A stretch of 45,334 nt of DNA from a virus. Positions 33,706 to 42,428 of this stretch are shown one piece after another. The notes beneath the pieces were generated by a model, which saw nothing but the letters and a program-made list of their open reading frames with translations, ran no database searches and was not told the DNA's origin. Numbering within the stretch: the stretch's first letter is position 1; each line of letters starts with the position of its first letter. The DNA lies in the IMG/VR virus record IMGVR_UViG_2518645621_000001; one strand, 5' to 3'. The position numbers and the translations under genes are program-made.

Positions 33706-35291
33706 AAGTCACCTCCTGGACAATATTCCTGCGGAACGATTCCCTGGGGAATATGCCATCCTCCTCCTGCAATTCGATCAATTAAGTGTTTTGCGTGGTC
33801 AAACTGCCATGTTCCGACATGTTGAAACCCGCGGCTTTCTAAAAAGCGGATCTGTTTCGGTGTTGTAAGTCCGTCTACCTTCCGCTTATCCAAACGATCC
33901 AAAAGTTTCGCCGCTTTCCCTGCATTTTCAATTTCATCGGGAAAAATGCCTAACTTTTCAAGCGTTTTTGCCTGTTTATCACTTGGCGGTCCCATTTCCC
34001 AACCGAAAGCCGGCACATACCCAGAAAGGTCTTCTGACTGTATCGACATTTCAAATTGCAAGGGGTCCACAAGTTTCCGTTTCCTCTTTTTCATTTCTGC
34101 CAGTTTTTTGGCCAAAGCTTCCTCGCGCTGTGCTATAACATCCTCTGCTGCTTGTTTTTCCACAACTTCCAAATCAAGAGGACATGGCGAGTCTTCTATT
34201 TTTTCCGTCATTTTCTTTGCAATATCTTCACTGGACGCAAGCAAATTTGCGGGCCGGCAAAGCTCATGGCGTTCTGTCATCCATAAAAAATCTAAGAGTA
34301 ATAATTCTTCCTTGCCAGGAAATAGCCTTGTACCACGCCCCACCATTTGGCAATAAAGGCTGCGTACTTTAGTTGGTCTTAAAACAATGACACAATCAAC
34401 ACTCGGACAATCCCAGCCTTCGGTAAGCAGCATAGAATTGCAAAGCACATTATATTTTCCTGCTTGAAAATCCTGCAGTACTTCGGCACGATCTTCACTA
34501 TTGCCATTCACTTCGGCCGCTTTAAAGCCGGCTTCATTTAAAATATCTCTAAATTTCTGGCTGGTCTTTACAAGCGGCAAAAATATAACAATTTTACGAT
34601 CGATACAATACTTCACCATTTCCTGTGCGATCTGAAAAAGATACGGATCCAGCAGCGTTCCGAGATCACCTGCTTTAAAATCACCGCTTTGCATTCCCAC
34701 ACCTGTAAGATCCAATTTCAGCGGTATGGTCTGTGCTTGAATCTTGCAAAGATACCCTTCGCGAATTGCTTTCGGTAGTGTATATTCATAAGCCATGCTG
34801 TTAAAATAGGCGCCAAGGTTTTGCATATCGCCCCGATCGGGTGTAGCGGTTACGCCGAGCACATCTGCTTCCTCAAAATATTGCAAAACATTTTGATAGC
34901 TGTCCGATATACAGTGATGTGCTTCATCCACAATAATCACGTCAAAATAATTTTTGCTGAAACGCTTCAGCCTTTTTTCTCTTGTTAAAGTTTGTACCGA
35001 GCCAACAACGACTCGGTACCAGCTGCCAATACAGCTTTCTTCTGCTTTTTCCACCGAACATGTAAGTCCGGTGGCTTTTTTTATCTTGTCACTTGCCTGG
35101 TCGAGAAGTTCCCCGCGATGCGCCATAATTAGTACACGGCTGCCATTGCGGACACAATCTTCGGTGACCTTAGCAAATACGATGGTCTTTCCGCACCCCG
35201 TCGGAAGTACGAGAAGCGTGCGCTTATTGCCTTTTCCCCACTCATCATGTATAGCAGCCCGCGCTTCCTCCTGGTACGTGCGAAGTTCCAT
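33702..35291 (-). CDS. SF2 DEAD/DEAH-box helicase
   Basis: LPTGCGKT (motif I) and IIVDEAHH (motif II). Confidence 0.85.
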   Translation of the reverse strand: MELRTYQEEARAAIHDEWGKGNKRTLLVLPTGCGKTIVFAKVTEDCVRNGSRVLIMAHRGELLDQASDKIKKATGLTCSVEKAEESCIGSWYRVVVGSVQTLTREKRLKRFSKNYFDVIIVDEAHHCISDSYQNVLQYFEEADVLGVTATPDRGDMQNLGAYFNSMAYEYTLPKAIREGYLCKIQAQTIPLKLDLTGVGMQSGDFKAGDLGTLLDPYLFQIAQEMVKYCIDRKIVIFLPLVKTSQKFRDILNEAGFKAAEVNGNSEDRAEVLQDFQAGKYNVLCNSMLLTEGWDCPSVDCVIVLRPTKVRSLYCQMVGRGTRLFPGKEELLLLDFLWMTERHELCRPANLLASSEDIAKKMTEKIEDSPCPLDLEVVEKQAAEDVIAQREEALAKKLAEMKKRKRKLVDPLQFEMSIQSEDLSGYVPAFGWEMGPPSDKQAKTLEKLGIFPDEIENAGKAAKLLDRLDKRKVDGLTTPKQIRFLESRGFQHVGTWQFDHAKHLIDRIAGGGWHIPQGIVPQEYCPGGDF

Positions 35292-35752
35292 TAAAAGGAT
35301 CCGGGTTTAAAAGTAGTTGGTTGAGTGGTTTCTTCATCAGGATATATAAACTGTTTCACTTCATTGAATTTTTTACCATCATAAATTCGAATTCCAATTT
35401 TTGCTCGGCCTGTAGATCCCATCACTTTATTCCAGTCCATTTTGAGTTTTTCTCCATGTTTTTTCTGACCAATCCCACGGAAGAATGCACATAATAAACC
35501 TTCGCATTTACTGTGTAAGAAAAGATTATGGCGAATCGATGCCACACCTTCCGGTGATTCAACTTCCAGTACGATTTTTGCCTGGTTGCACGGCCCGATC
35601 TTATCGCTGCCAGGATATCTGGAACGTTCAAAACTTGCTACGCGAAACGCATATTCCCCTTCTGGTAACAAGATAAACTCGTTTTCCTTCTCGATTGTGT
35701 CATCCCACGCAAGTTCTGCTCCCATATCTGTTCCCATTTGTTCAAATCCCAT
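35291..35752 (-). CDS. DUF669-type phage protein (replication/recombination module)
   Basis: Characteristic position between the Sak4-like ATPase and the helicase. N-terminal pattern L.WDD.I....EF.LLPEGEY.F.V. Confidence 0.65.
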   Translation of the reverse strand: MGFEQMGTDMGAELAWDDTIEKENEFILLPEGEYAFRVASFERSRYPGSDKIGPCNQAKIVLEVESPEGVASIRHNLFLHSKCEGLLCAFFRGIGQKKHGEKLKMDWNKVMGSTGRAKIGIRIYDGKKFNEVKQFIYPDEETTQPTTFKPGSF

Positions 35753-35775
35753 ATTTATATCCTCCTAAAATTTTG

Positions 35776-36990
35776 TTAAAACGGTATTTTTTGTTGTTCA
35801 ATCATATTAAATACTTGATCCCAGGCTGCAATCAGGCAGCCATCAATAAAGCTTTGATCATAGTTTTCAATCGGCGTTCCGGCCGGATAGTATCCCTTAC
35901 TGGATACTGCCTCCTGGATCTCTTGAACCGTCACATTATTACGTTTCATAAGATCAGCAAGCTTAGGCGGTACACCGCTTAAATCATTTTGTGCCGGTGT
36001 TTTTGGTTCTGGTTTTTCTTGTGTTTGTATTGGCGCAGGTTCTTTTTGTTTTTTGATTCCTGCTTCATATTCTTCCTTACTAATTTCATGTGACATGCCG
36101 TCACCATCCAGTAAAGGCTCTCCTTTTTTCAAAATCCAATACGCATCTGATTCGGGATGGTACATATACATGTCATGATCCGCTATATTTTTATCTTGCA
36201 CTGGTTTCGGTGCTTCAGCTTTCTTTTCCACATTTACTGGCACGGGTGTCGCTTGCTGCATGGATTTATCATTTGGAATGCAATACGCGATGGATGCATA
36301 ATCAAACGCTAATTCTGTTGCAAGATCGTGTCGATTTTTTGCATCCCAGCAAGGATGATGCTGGGAATGCATAACCCGCGTGCCGCCTTGGGCTTTTTTC
36401 TTTTTGTCGACCTCAACTACATATTGCTTATAATTTGCGAAAAGTACCATATCGGCCCATTCTTTTACCAGTGCCGAGGTTTGGGAACCGGTCTTGTTAC
36501 CCAGTTTCAATTCATATCGATCATAACTGCCACATTCATCCGGCAATTCAAATTTTCGAATGGTTGAATGTGCCGTAAGTACAATATTGATGCCAACCTC
36601 CGTTACATCACTCAAAAGATTGAGCAGCTTGCCAAACTCTTCTTTTACGAAAATATATCCTTTGCCATAGCCAAAATCCTCAATACCTTTTTTATCATAG
36701 ATAGAGCAAACATGGGCCACGCAAAGCTGTTCTGCCCAATCAATTGTGTCGATAATAAGTGTCTTGCAGCAACCAGGCGTTTTTTTCACTTCCTGAATAG
36801 TTTGCATCATCATAGTCCAGCTGCTCGGTTTTGGTACCCGAGCAACATCCATTAAATTTGTACTTCCTTCCGTATCGATAAATAGTGGCTCCGGAAACGA
36901 AGCGGCAAAGGTTGATTTTCCGATGCCTTCTGGACCGTATACCACAACTTTTTGCGCTTTAAAAACTGGACCTCTAATAATTTCCATCAA
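35776..36990 (-). CDS. AAA_24/Sak4-like recombination ATPase with ~170-aa C-terminal extension
   Basis: KVVVYGPEGIGKSTFAASFPEPLFIDTEGST. At 404 aa it is longer than usual for this family. Confidence 0.75.
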   Translation of the reverse strand: MMEIIRGPVFKAQKVVVYGPEGIGKSTFAASFPEPLFIDTEGSTNLMDVARVPKPSSWTMMMQTIQEVKKTPGCCKTLIIDTIDWAEQLCVAHVCSIYDKKGIEDFGYGKGYIFVKEEFGKLLNLLSDVTEVGINIVLTAHSTIRKFELPDECGSYDRYELKLGNKTGSQTSALVKEWADMVLFANYKQYVVEVDKKKKAQGGTRVMHSQHHPCWDAKNRHDLATELAFDYASIAYCIPNDKSMQQATPVPVNVEKKAEAPKPVQDKNIADHDMYMYHPESDAYWILKKGEPLLDGDGMSHEISKEEYEAGIKKQKEPAPIQTQEKPEPKTPAQNDLSGVPPKLADLMKRNNVTVQEIQEAVSSKGYYPAGTPIENYDQSFIDGCLIAAWDQVFNMIEQQKIPF

Positions 36991-38294
36991 AATTTACCTT
37001 CTTCCCATACTTTTTTACCAGTAGGTATCGCCGTTTCAAACGGCATTTCTTCCCCCTTAATATAACCATCCTCAATAATAATGCTGCACTCATCGGACGT
37101 ACTGACTCTGGTAGCAATAGCCTGCAAGCCTTCTGCTTCAAGCCATGTACCAAATTCCTGCAGCGTTTCAATATCCATCTGTTCAAGCTTATCCATAAGA
37201 ACGAAACCACACTCCGGATTCAGTTTGCGAATAATCGCCGTGGCAACTTTGAGTTGTTCACTGGCACTCATGTTGTCCCATTTATATCCTTTATAAGTAA
37301 GTTCCCCTTTGTCTACCGATAAATCTGGCAGTGGAAGATCTGCGTTATTCAAAAGAGCTGTGCGCTGTTTACGGATATCCGCAATTTCCTGCGTAATGCC
37401 ATCCACCTGCTTAGAATATTCTTCGGCATCCATTTCAGCCTTTTCGCGGTCCATATTGGCACGAATTTTCATATTGAGCATATCGATATCATTAATATTT
37501 TTTTCAAGTTCCGCTGTATTTTCATCATGAAGATCCAACGCCGATTTTTGGGCAATCACGAGATCTGCAGATATTTTTGCGTGTTCTTCTTTTTTAATAA
37601 GCAAGGCTTCTTCCATCCGAATTACTTCTTGCTGTAAAATCACGGCTCTCTGTTTTAAAATATCAACCGACTGCCGTTTACGAGCGTTCTCACCATTTCT
37701 AGCAAGAATATCCTGCTGCTTCCGGATCAATTCGGCTGCCGATACAGGCTCTTTCGGAACATCGGGATGCATATCCAGCTCAGCTGCATATTTCTTTTTC
37801 TGATCGGCAATACGTCCAATTTCAGTACGGCGATTATAAAGCTGTTGTTCTTTGAGATCGAGTGCCCCCAGTTTGTCACCGACACCAATAATCTGTAACA
37901 AGGAATCCCCTTTTTCTTTATTAGATGCCTGCATAAACTTTGGCAGATTCAGTGCCAGCTGTTCGACAAGTTCATCTAAAAGTCGCTGCCCACTTTTATT
38001 CCCTTTCGAATCGATTACTTTCAAATCGCTATTTTTCCCCTTACGCTCTACAATCAATCCATTCGAAAGTTCAATATGAAGATGCGGTGGAGTCATCGAA
38101 CCATTACGCTGCGCCTGCGACGGCTGAAATTTATTACCGCCAAGTACCCAGGCAATGGCATCAAGGACGGATGTTTTCCCCTGCCCGTTTTTACCACCAA
38201 TAATAGTTAACCCATTTTGAGAAGGCTCCAACCTTACTGCCTTTACACGCTTTACATTTTCTATCTCAAGATTATTAATCTTAATCATTTCCAA
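36987..38294 (-). CDS. SMC/RecF/SbcC-like AAA ATPase (AAA_23-type)
   Basis: GLTIIGGKNGQGKTSVLDAIAWVLGG Walker A with a long coiled-coil middle. Confidence 0.8.
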   Translation of the reverse strand: MEMIKINNLEIENVKRVKAVRLEPSQNGLTIIGGKNGQGKTSVLDAIAWVLGGNKFQPSQAQRNGSMTPPHLHIELSNGLIVERKGKNSDLKVIDSKGNKSGQRLLDELVEQLALNLPKFMQASNKEKGDSLLQIIGVGDKLGALDLKEQQLYNRRTEIGRIADQKKKYAAELDMHPDVPKEPVSAAELIRKQQDILARNGENARKRQSVDILKQRAVILQQEVIRMEEALLIKKEEHAKISADLVIAQKSALDLHDENTAELEKNINDIDMLNMKIRANMDREKAEMDAEEYSKQVDGITQEIADIRKQRTALLNNADLPLPDLSVDKGELTYKGYKWDNMSASEQLKVATAIIRKLNPECGFVLMDKLEQMDIETLQEFGTWLEAEGLQAIATRVSTSDECSIIIEDGYIKGEEMPFETAIPTGKKVWEEGKF

Positions 38295-38332
38295 GCCTCC
38301 TGTAATATGTTATAATTTTCTAATAAAGATTT

Positions 38333-38641
38333 TTACTTACCCTTCAAATCCGCATTGGTTGCCGCCAATGCGGATTTTTCTATGAGTTCTTCCATCAAAT
38401 GAATATCTTGCATATTCAGGCTAATCGCATTCATGATCATAGATGGCGGCTCCGATGCTCTTTCGTTAGCCACACAAAAATCGGATGTAATCTTACTACG
38501 TGCGATAACTCTGCACCAAAGCTTTTTCCCACCGCTGATCTTTACGATCGTGTAATCACTTGGCTGCGCAAAATATATACGCAACCCTCTAAACTTGTCT
38601 GGAATATCATCGACTGTTAATTCTTCTGGCAAACTTCTCAC
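38333..38641 (-). CDS. Hypothetical protein
   Basis: GTG start behind GAGGAGG. Confidence 0.5.
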   Translation of the reverse strand: MRSLPEELTVDDIPDKFRGLRIYFAQPSDYTIVKISGGKKLWCRVIARSKITSDFCVANERASEPPSMIMNAISLNMQDIHLMEELIEKSALAATNADLKGK

Positions 38642-38647
38642 CTCCTC

Positions 38648-38821
38648 TCAATAATGGAATCTTGTTACCAATTCCTGAACCTTTTTCGACTTGGATGATT
38701 TTCTTGGTATACACATTCGATCATCATGGCAAACCGGAAGAAGCCGATCACGAACCACTAACAAATCATAATTGTCTTCCGACTCAAATCTACGCCCACA
38801 ACGGTAACAATGTGTTTTCAT
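38648..38821 (-). CDS. 57-aa CxxC small protein; not in the supplied ORF track
   Basis: Hand translation gives MKTHCYRCGRRFESEDNYDLLVVRDRLLPVCHDDRMCIPRKSSKSKKVQELVTRFHY. Its stop abuts the RBS of the next gene. Confidence 0.4.
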   Translation of the reverse strand: MKTHCYRCGRRFESEDNYDLLVVRDRLLPVCHDDRMCIPRKSSKSKKVQELVTRFHY

Positions 38822-38900
38822 CGAAACATCACAAACCCTAAAATAACGCCAATGATAAATACCACCAGGTACCCTCTTGGCATTAAAATGTTAAACCGTC

Positions 38901-39236
38901 TCATTCCTCATCCACCTTTACCCAATAATTAATACGCAGTTCATCACCAGGATAAATCTCACATTCACTCGGTCGCTCTAAAAGCCAAGGATTCAATTCT
39001 TTTATTCCAGATTTAAATTCCAAAATATAACGTCGACCGCCAGTATTTTTCTGCAAAAACTCCTCAGATATACTCCAAAGCGAATCACCCACTTGAACCG
39101 TGTAAGTATCCTCTACTAGCTCTACTTTTGGATAATTACCACCAGTTAAAATGACTGTAGATCCAATCACTAGACCACAAACTACAAGCTTTTTAAGCGA
39201 GTTATTTAAATATTCCTTTACTAACATAATTCTCAC
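38901..39236 (-). CDS. Membrane-anchored LysM-domain protein
   Basis: N-terminal TM helix LVVCGLVIGSTVILTGG and a LysM pattern YTVQVGDSLWSISEEF...ELNPWL...IYPGDELRI. Confidence 0.7.
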   Translation of the reverse strand: MRIMLVKEYLNNSLKKLVVCGLVIGSTVILTGGNYPKVELVEDTYTVQVGDSLWSISEEFLQKNTGGRRYILEFKSGIKELNPWLLERPSECEIYPGDELRINYWVKVDEE

Positions 39237-39550
39237 CTTGCTTTCTCAATAAGTCCTAATCTAACTTTGTCGGGCAATCTCCCTTTATGTTTTTTATTTT
39301 TAACCATTGGAGGGATAGCAGCTATGTTAATTGGAACAGGCATAGACATTGCAATTTGATTAGCATTTTGATTTGAGAAGGTTTTTAAAAATTCTAAACC
39401 AGCTTCGATATGAACTTTTGCATGACAAGCACCTAACATTACATGAGGTAATTGCCCTTGCTTAACCAATGCACGTATTAATCGTTCTGGTAAACTCACA
39501 CGTTTAGAAAACTTTGCAATTGACTCAAAAACTTCATCCATATAATTCAC
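39233..39550 (-). CDS. HTH_17/excisionase-like DNA-binding protein
   Basis: VSLPERLIRALVKQGQLPHVMLG resembles a MerR/Xis-type HTH. Confidence 0.4.
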   Translation of the reverse strand: MNYMDEVFESIAKFSKRVSLPERLIRALVKQGQLPHVMLGACHAKVHIEAGLEFLKTFSNQNANQIAMSMPVPINIAAIPPMVKNKKHKGRLPDKVRLGLIEKAR

Positions 39551-39758
39551 CTCACTTTTTTATACTGATTTCTCAATTGCGTACTTAATTGACATTTCAT
39601 TAATAATCAACACATAGCCCTCTATTAATTTCTTATCATCCGCAATTACAAATCACTCTAAATTATTATTGATATTCGGCTGGTACTAAATTCATTTGTT
39701 ACCTCACTTTCCTGTTGTAGGATATTATTAGTATTTTGTTGAATTATGATCTTGAGGA

Positions 39759-40592
39759 GTGAGTCATAAGATGCAAATTGAAAAACACAAAGAAGCCTGT
39801 CACATACTTTCTAAAATCGATAAAAATCCATTACAGTATTTAATAATTCATTATTCTTGTGAAAGTTTTTTAAATCTACCTAACGGTACTTCTGCAAGGA
39901 TTACCTCTATAGCAATAAGATATTTTGAAAATGGTCAAACTGATTCATTTTCTATACATAAAACAGCAGAACGAAAAGGAATACCACTGGAAGATATTAA
40001 ACAATATTACGATGAATTAGAATTAGATATGTTAAAAGAATACATGACCTATCTCGCTCATCATCAAAATTTTTTCTTTATTCATTGGAATATGCGTGAT
40101 GGAAATTATGGATTCAAGGCAATTGAACATCGCTACTTAGTTTTAAAAAACAAAAAAAACGACTCCGATATGTTGCAAATAATTCCCGATACTAATAAAA
40201 TCGACTTATCTATATTATTAATAAAAAAATACGGAAGCCAATATATTGAAGACCCCAGAATACCCAAACTAGTAGAAAAAAACCAACTAAATCCAAGAGA
40301 CTTTTTAACAGGTACACAAGAAGCTACCGCGTTTGAACAACAAGAATACATTAAGCTTCACTTATCCACCCTCAGTAAAACTCGTGTACTGGATAGTTTT
40401 CTGTCTATGGCAATTGAGAATACACTTAAAACAAATTCCAAATTTGTTCAAATATATGGTTATTCTCCACAGGCTCTATGGACAGTGTCTAACGAAAAAT
40501 GGTATTTTGCTCTTTTATTTGCAATTGTTTCTTTTATATTAGGAAAATACAGTGACATCATTGTTAGTTCTTTTATCCGCCTAGTACCGTAG
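39759..40592 (+). CDS. Orphan 277-aa protein with C-terminal TM helix, opposite orientation to the early operon (candidate exclusion/abortive-infection gene)
   Basis: AT-rich. C-terminus WYFALLFAIVSFILGKY. No motif recognised in the N-terminal ~235 aa. ATG 39771 is an alternative start. Confidence 0.7.
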   Translation: MSHKMQIEKHKEACHILSKIDKNPLQYLIIHYSCESFLNLPNGTSARITSIAIRYFENGQTDSFSIHKTAERKGIPLEDIKQYYDELELDMLKEYMTYLAHHQNFFFIHWNMRDGNYGFKAIEHRYLVLKNKKNDSDMLQIIPDTNKIDLSILLIKKYGSQYIEDPRIPKLVEKNQLNPRDFLTGTQEATAFEQQEYIKLHLSTLSKTRVLDSFLSMAIENTLKTNSKFVQIYGYSPQALWTVSNEKWYFALLFAIVSFILGKYSDIIVSSFIRLVP

Positions 40593-40731
40593 TTAACCAC
40601 CCCAAGAGCCCACATCGAATAGCTCCAAACACGATAGATATATCAACCTTTTGGCTGTTTAGTACAACTTCGACAATTTCTAGGAATACAATCATATATA
40701 CTATTGTGATTACAGAAACACTAGTTTGCAT
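40573..40731 (-). CDS. 52-aa hydrophobic ORF convergent with, and overlapping by 20 nt, the 3' end of the 277-aa gene; not in the supplied ORF track
   Basis: GGAG lies 9 nt before the ATG. The product is MQTSVSVITIVYMIVFLEIVEVVLNSQKVDISIVFGAIRCGLLGWLTTVLGG (two hydrophobic segments). Confidence 0.35.
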   Translation of the reverse strand: MQTSVSVITIVYMIVFLEIVEVVLNSQKVDISIVFGAIRCGLLGWLTTVLGG

Positions 40732-40809
40732 TTATTAATGCTCCTTTCTATCCTTTCATGCTAATTTGTCTCTGAATTAAATAAGTTTAATAAATGAACG
40801 TTTTAGCAT

Positions 40810-41049
40810 TTATAAAGATGCTTTCGATTCTTTTTCAAGCTTTGGAGAATAATCTGGTAAAACAACACTATAATGAGTAACACTTTGAGCTACCATTTCA
40901 GCAGTTGAAATAATTTGAGCAGTATTAAAACCTTCATCTCTTAACATGCAGATGATTTTTGATACTGCTTTTTTCTTTTGTTCTTCACGTTTTTTAAATT
41001 CTTCGTATGATAACATTCCGCTCCCCCTTTCATGCCGATTTGTTTTCAA
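40810..41049 (-). CDS. Hypothetical early protein
   Basis: Second gene of the Cro operon. The likely start is ATG 41016 (MLSYEEF) behind AGGGGGAG. Confidence 0.5.
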   Translation of the reverse strand: MKTNRHERGSGMLSYEEFKKREEQKKKAVSKIICMLRDEGFNTAQIISTAEMVAQSVTHYSVVLPDYSPKLEKESKASL

Positions 41050-41075
41050 ATTTGTTTTGTTGAATTAAAATCTAC

Positions 41076-41285
41076 TCAATGAGCAAAAAAAATTTTCTGT
41101 TGCTCCTCGAGGCTTTTAAATTTCAATATAACGTACATTTTGGCTATTTCACTAGCTTTAAACTCTGTTATATTATTGATTTTTTTATAAAGCCCCATAT
41201 TTGATATACCTAGTTTTCTAGCAACTTCTAGCTTGGTTAGACCTGCCCGTTTAATTGCCAATTCAAATTCTAAAGTATTCGTCAT
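41076..41285 (-). CDS. Cro-like HTH regulator
   Basis: LTKLEVARKLGISNMGLYKKIN is an HTH. Divergent from the repressor. Start ATG 41285 behind GAGGTGGG. Confidence 0.7.
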   Translation of the reverse strand: MTNTLEFELAIKRAGLTKLEVARKLGISNMGLYKKINNITEFKASEIAKMYVILKFKSLEEQQKIFFAH

Positions 41286-41311
41286 ATTCCCACCTCTCAT
41301 ATTTATATTTG

Positions 41312-41330
41312 TGTAGATTTATTTTCTACA
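41312..41330. promoter_or_regulatory. Operator-like inverted repeat TGTAGA-N7-TCTACA
   Basis: Perfect 6-bp half-sites. Related TGTAGA (41348-41353) and TACAGTGTA (41406-41414) elements sit inside the two promoter spacers. Confidence 0.55.
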
Positions 41331-41335
41331 AGGCA

Positions 41336-41364
41336 ATAATATCATTCTGTAGAATAAAAGTCAA
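41336..41364 (-). promoter_or_regulatory. Early (Cro-side) promoter TTGACT-17-TATTAT
   Basis: -35 at plus 41359-41364 and -10 at plus 41336-41341. Confidence 0.6.
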
Positions 41365-41392
41365 CACTTTTGTTTTTAAATATAAATTTTTG

Positions 41393-41421
41393 TTGATTTT
41401 AAATTTACAGTGTAGTATATT
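41393..41421 (+). promoter_or_regulatory. Repressor-side promoter TTGATT-17-TATATT
   Basis: -35 at 41393-41398 and -10 at 41416-41421. Confidence 0.5.
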
Positions 41422-41466
41422 AAATATAAACAAAAGTTTATTATTTATAGGGATGTGAAAAAATAA

Positions 41467-41934
41467 ATGCTTGAATTATATAAACGTATACGATTAAAAA
41501 GAGAAGAGCTCAATCTTTCGCAGGATGAATTGGCTAGAAAACTTGGATATAAATCACGTTCTTCTATAAATAAAATAGAAAAAGGAGAAAACGATATTCC
41601 TCAATCTAAAATAGTTGCTTTTGCTGAGGCTTTAGAAACTACACCTGAATATTTAATGGGTTGGGAAAATTCCATACCGATTTCCAATACATCATCCGTT
41701 CCAAATCTAGTAGAAATTATCCGTAATGATTCCTATACTCTTGCCGGACGTACACCTACACCAGCCGACAGAACCTACTTATCCAATATGGTTGATACCT
41801 ATATAGATGAATCATCTGATCAAACGATTGCAGCACATCGTACAGATAGTCCATCCGCTGATCTTCCTGAAGAGGCACTTCAATCTATTGAAGAATTTAA
41901 AAATTTCGTCAGAGCAAAATATAAAAAGGACTGA
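41467..41934 (+). CDS. XRE-family phage repressor (ImmR/CI-like, no S24 peptidase domain)
   Basis: LSQDELARKLGYKSRSSINKIEKGENDIPQSKIVAFAEAL is an HTH_3 motif. It is followed by an ImmA-like gene. Confidence 0.85.
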   Translation: MLELYKRIRLKREELNLSQDELARKLGYKSRSSINKIEKGENDIPQSKIVAFAEALETTPEYLMGWENSIPISNTSSVPNLVEIIRNDSYTLAGRTPTPADRTYLSNMVDTYIDESSDQTIAAHRTDSPSADLPEEALQSIEEFKNFVRAKYKKD

Positions 41935-41938
41935 GACC

Positions 41939-42364
41939 ATGGAAGGTATGATTGCGCTCGCAGAAAGCGAACATATAAAAATTGATTATTATTCTTTTAA
42001 TGACCCACTTAAAGGCATCTATTTTGTGGAGCAAGGCTTACCGCCTGTTATTGGACTTGATTATTCCCTGCAAAATGATTTGCCACTGCTTCGTTCCGTT
42101 CTGGCTGAAGAACTTGGGCATCATTTTACCAGCGTAGGAAATTGTATACCTCGACAGTTTTTTAATTACTCGGCGCGGCAGCATATTGATAAAGCTGAGT
42201 ATAAAGCTTTAAGATGGGCCGCAAATTATTTGATCACGGATGATGCCTTATTAAATGCTTTCCAAAATTGCATTGACACCGTCAGCGAATTGGCTGAACA
42301 TTTTATGGTAACACCAGAAATGATTAATTTACGACTAAAACTATTTGAAAAACCTATTCATTAA
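41939..42364 (+). CDS. ImmA/IrrE-family metallopeptidase-like anti-repressor
   Basis: AEELGHHF motif region plus AEYKALRWAANYLI are typical of the M78 family. Start taken at ATG 41939 rather than at the overlapping 41807 extension. Confidence 0.75.
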   Translation: MEGMIALAESEHIKIDYYSFNDPLKGIYFVEQGLPPVIGLDYSLQNDLPLLRSVLAEELGHHFTSVGNCIPRQFFNYSARQHIDKAEYKALRWAANYLITDDALLNAFQNCIDTVSELAEHFMVTPEMINLRLKLFEKPIH

Positions 42365-42428
42365 AATAAAGAATCGCCCATGCAGCAACAAGAACGATCG
42401 AAAGGAATTGATTCATTTGAATAAAACC

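Noticed and set aside
35776-35800. C-terminal ...EQQKIPF of the Sak4-like ATPase as a mimic of the SSB C-terminal tip (DDDIPF)
   Set aside because: Only the terminal IPF matches. The acidic run that defines the SSB tip is missing, so the resemblance may be chance.
36974-37210. 78-aa minus-strand ORF overlapping the end of the SMC-like ATPase gene, and 35422-35631 inside the DUF669 gene
   Set aside because: They are alternative-frame ORFs nested in stronger genes, basic and low-complexity, with no RBS.
41807-41938. N-terminal 44 codons of the listed 185-aa ORF overlapping the repressor gene
   Set aside because: The extension overlaps the 3' end of the repressor in another frame. An ATG at 41939, 4 nt after the repressor stop, gives a normal-size ImmA-like protein.
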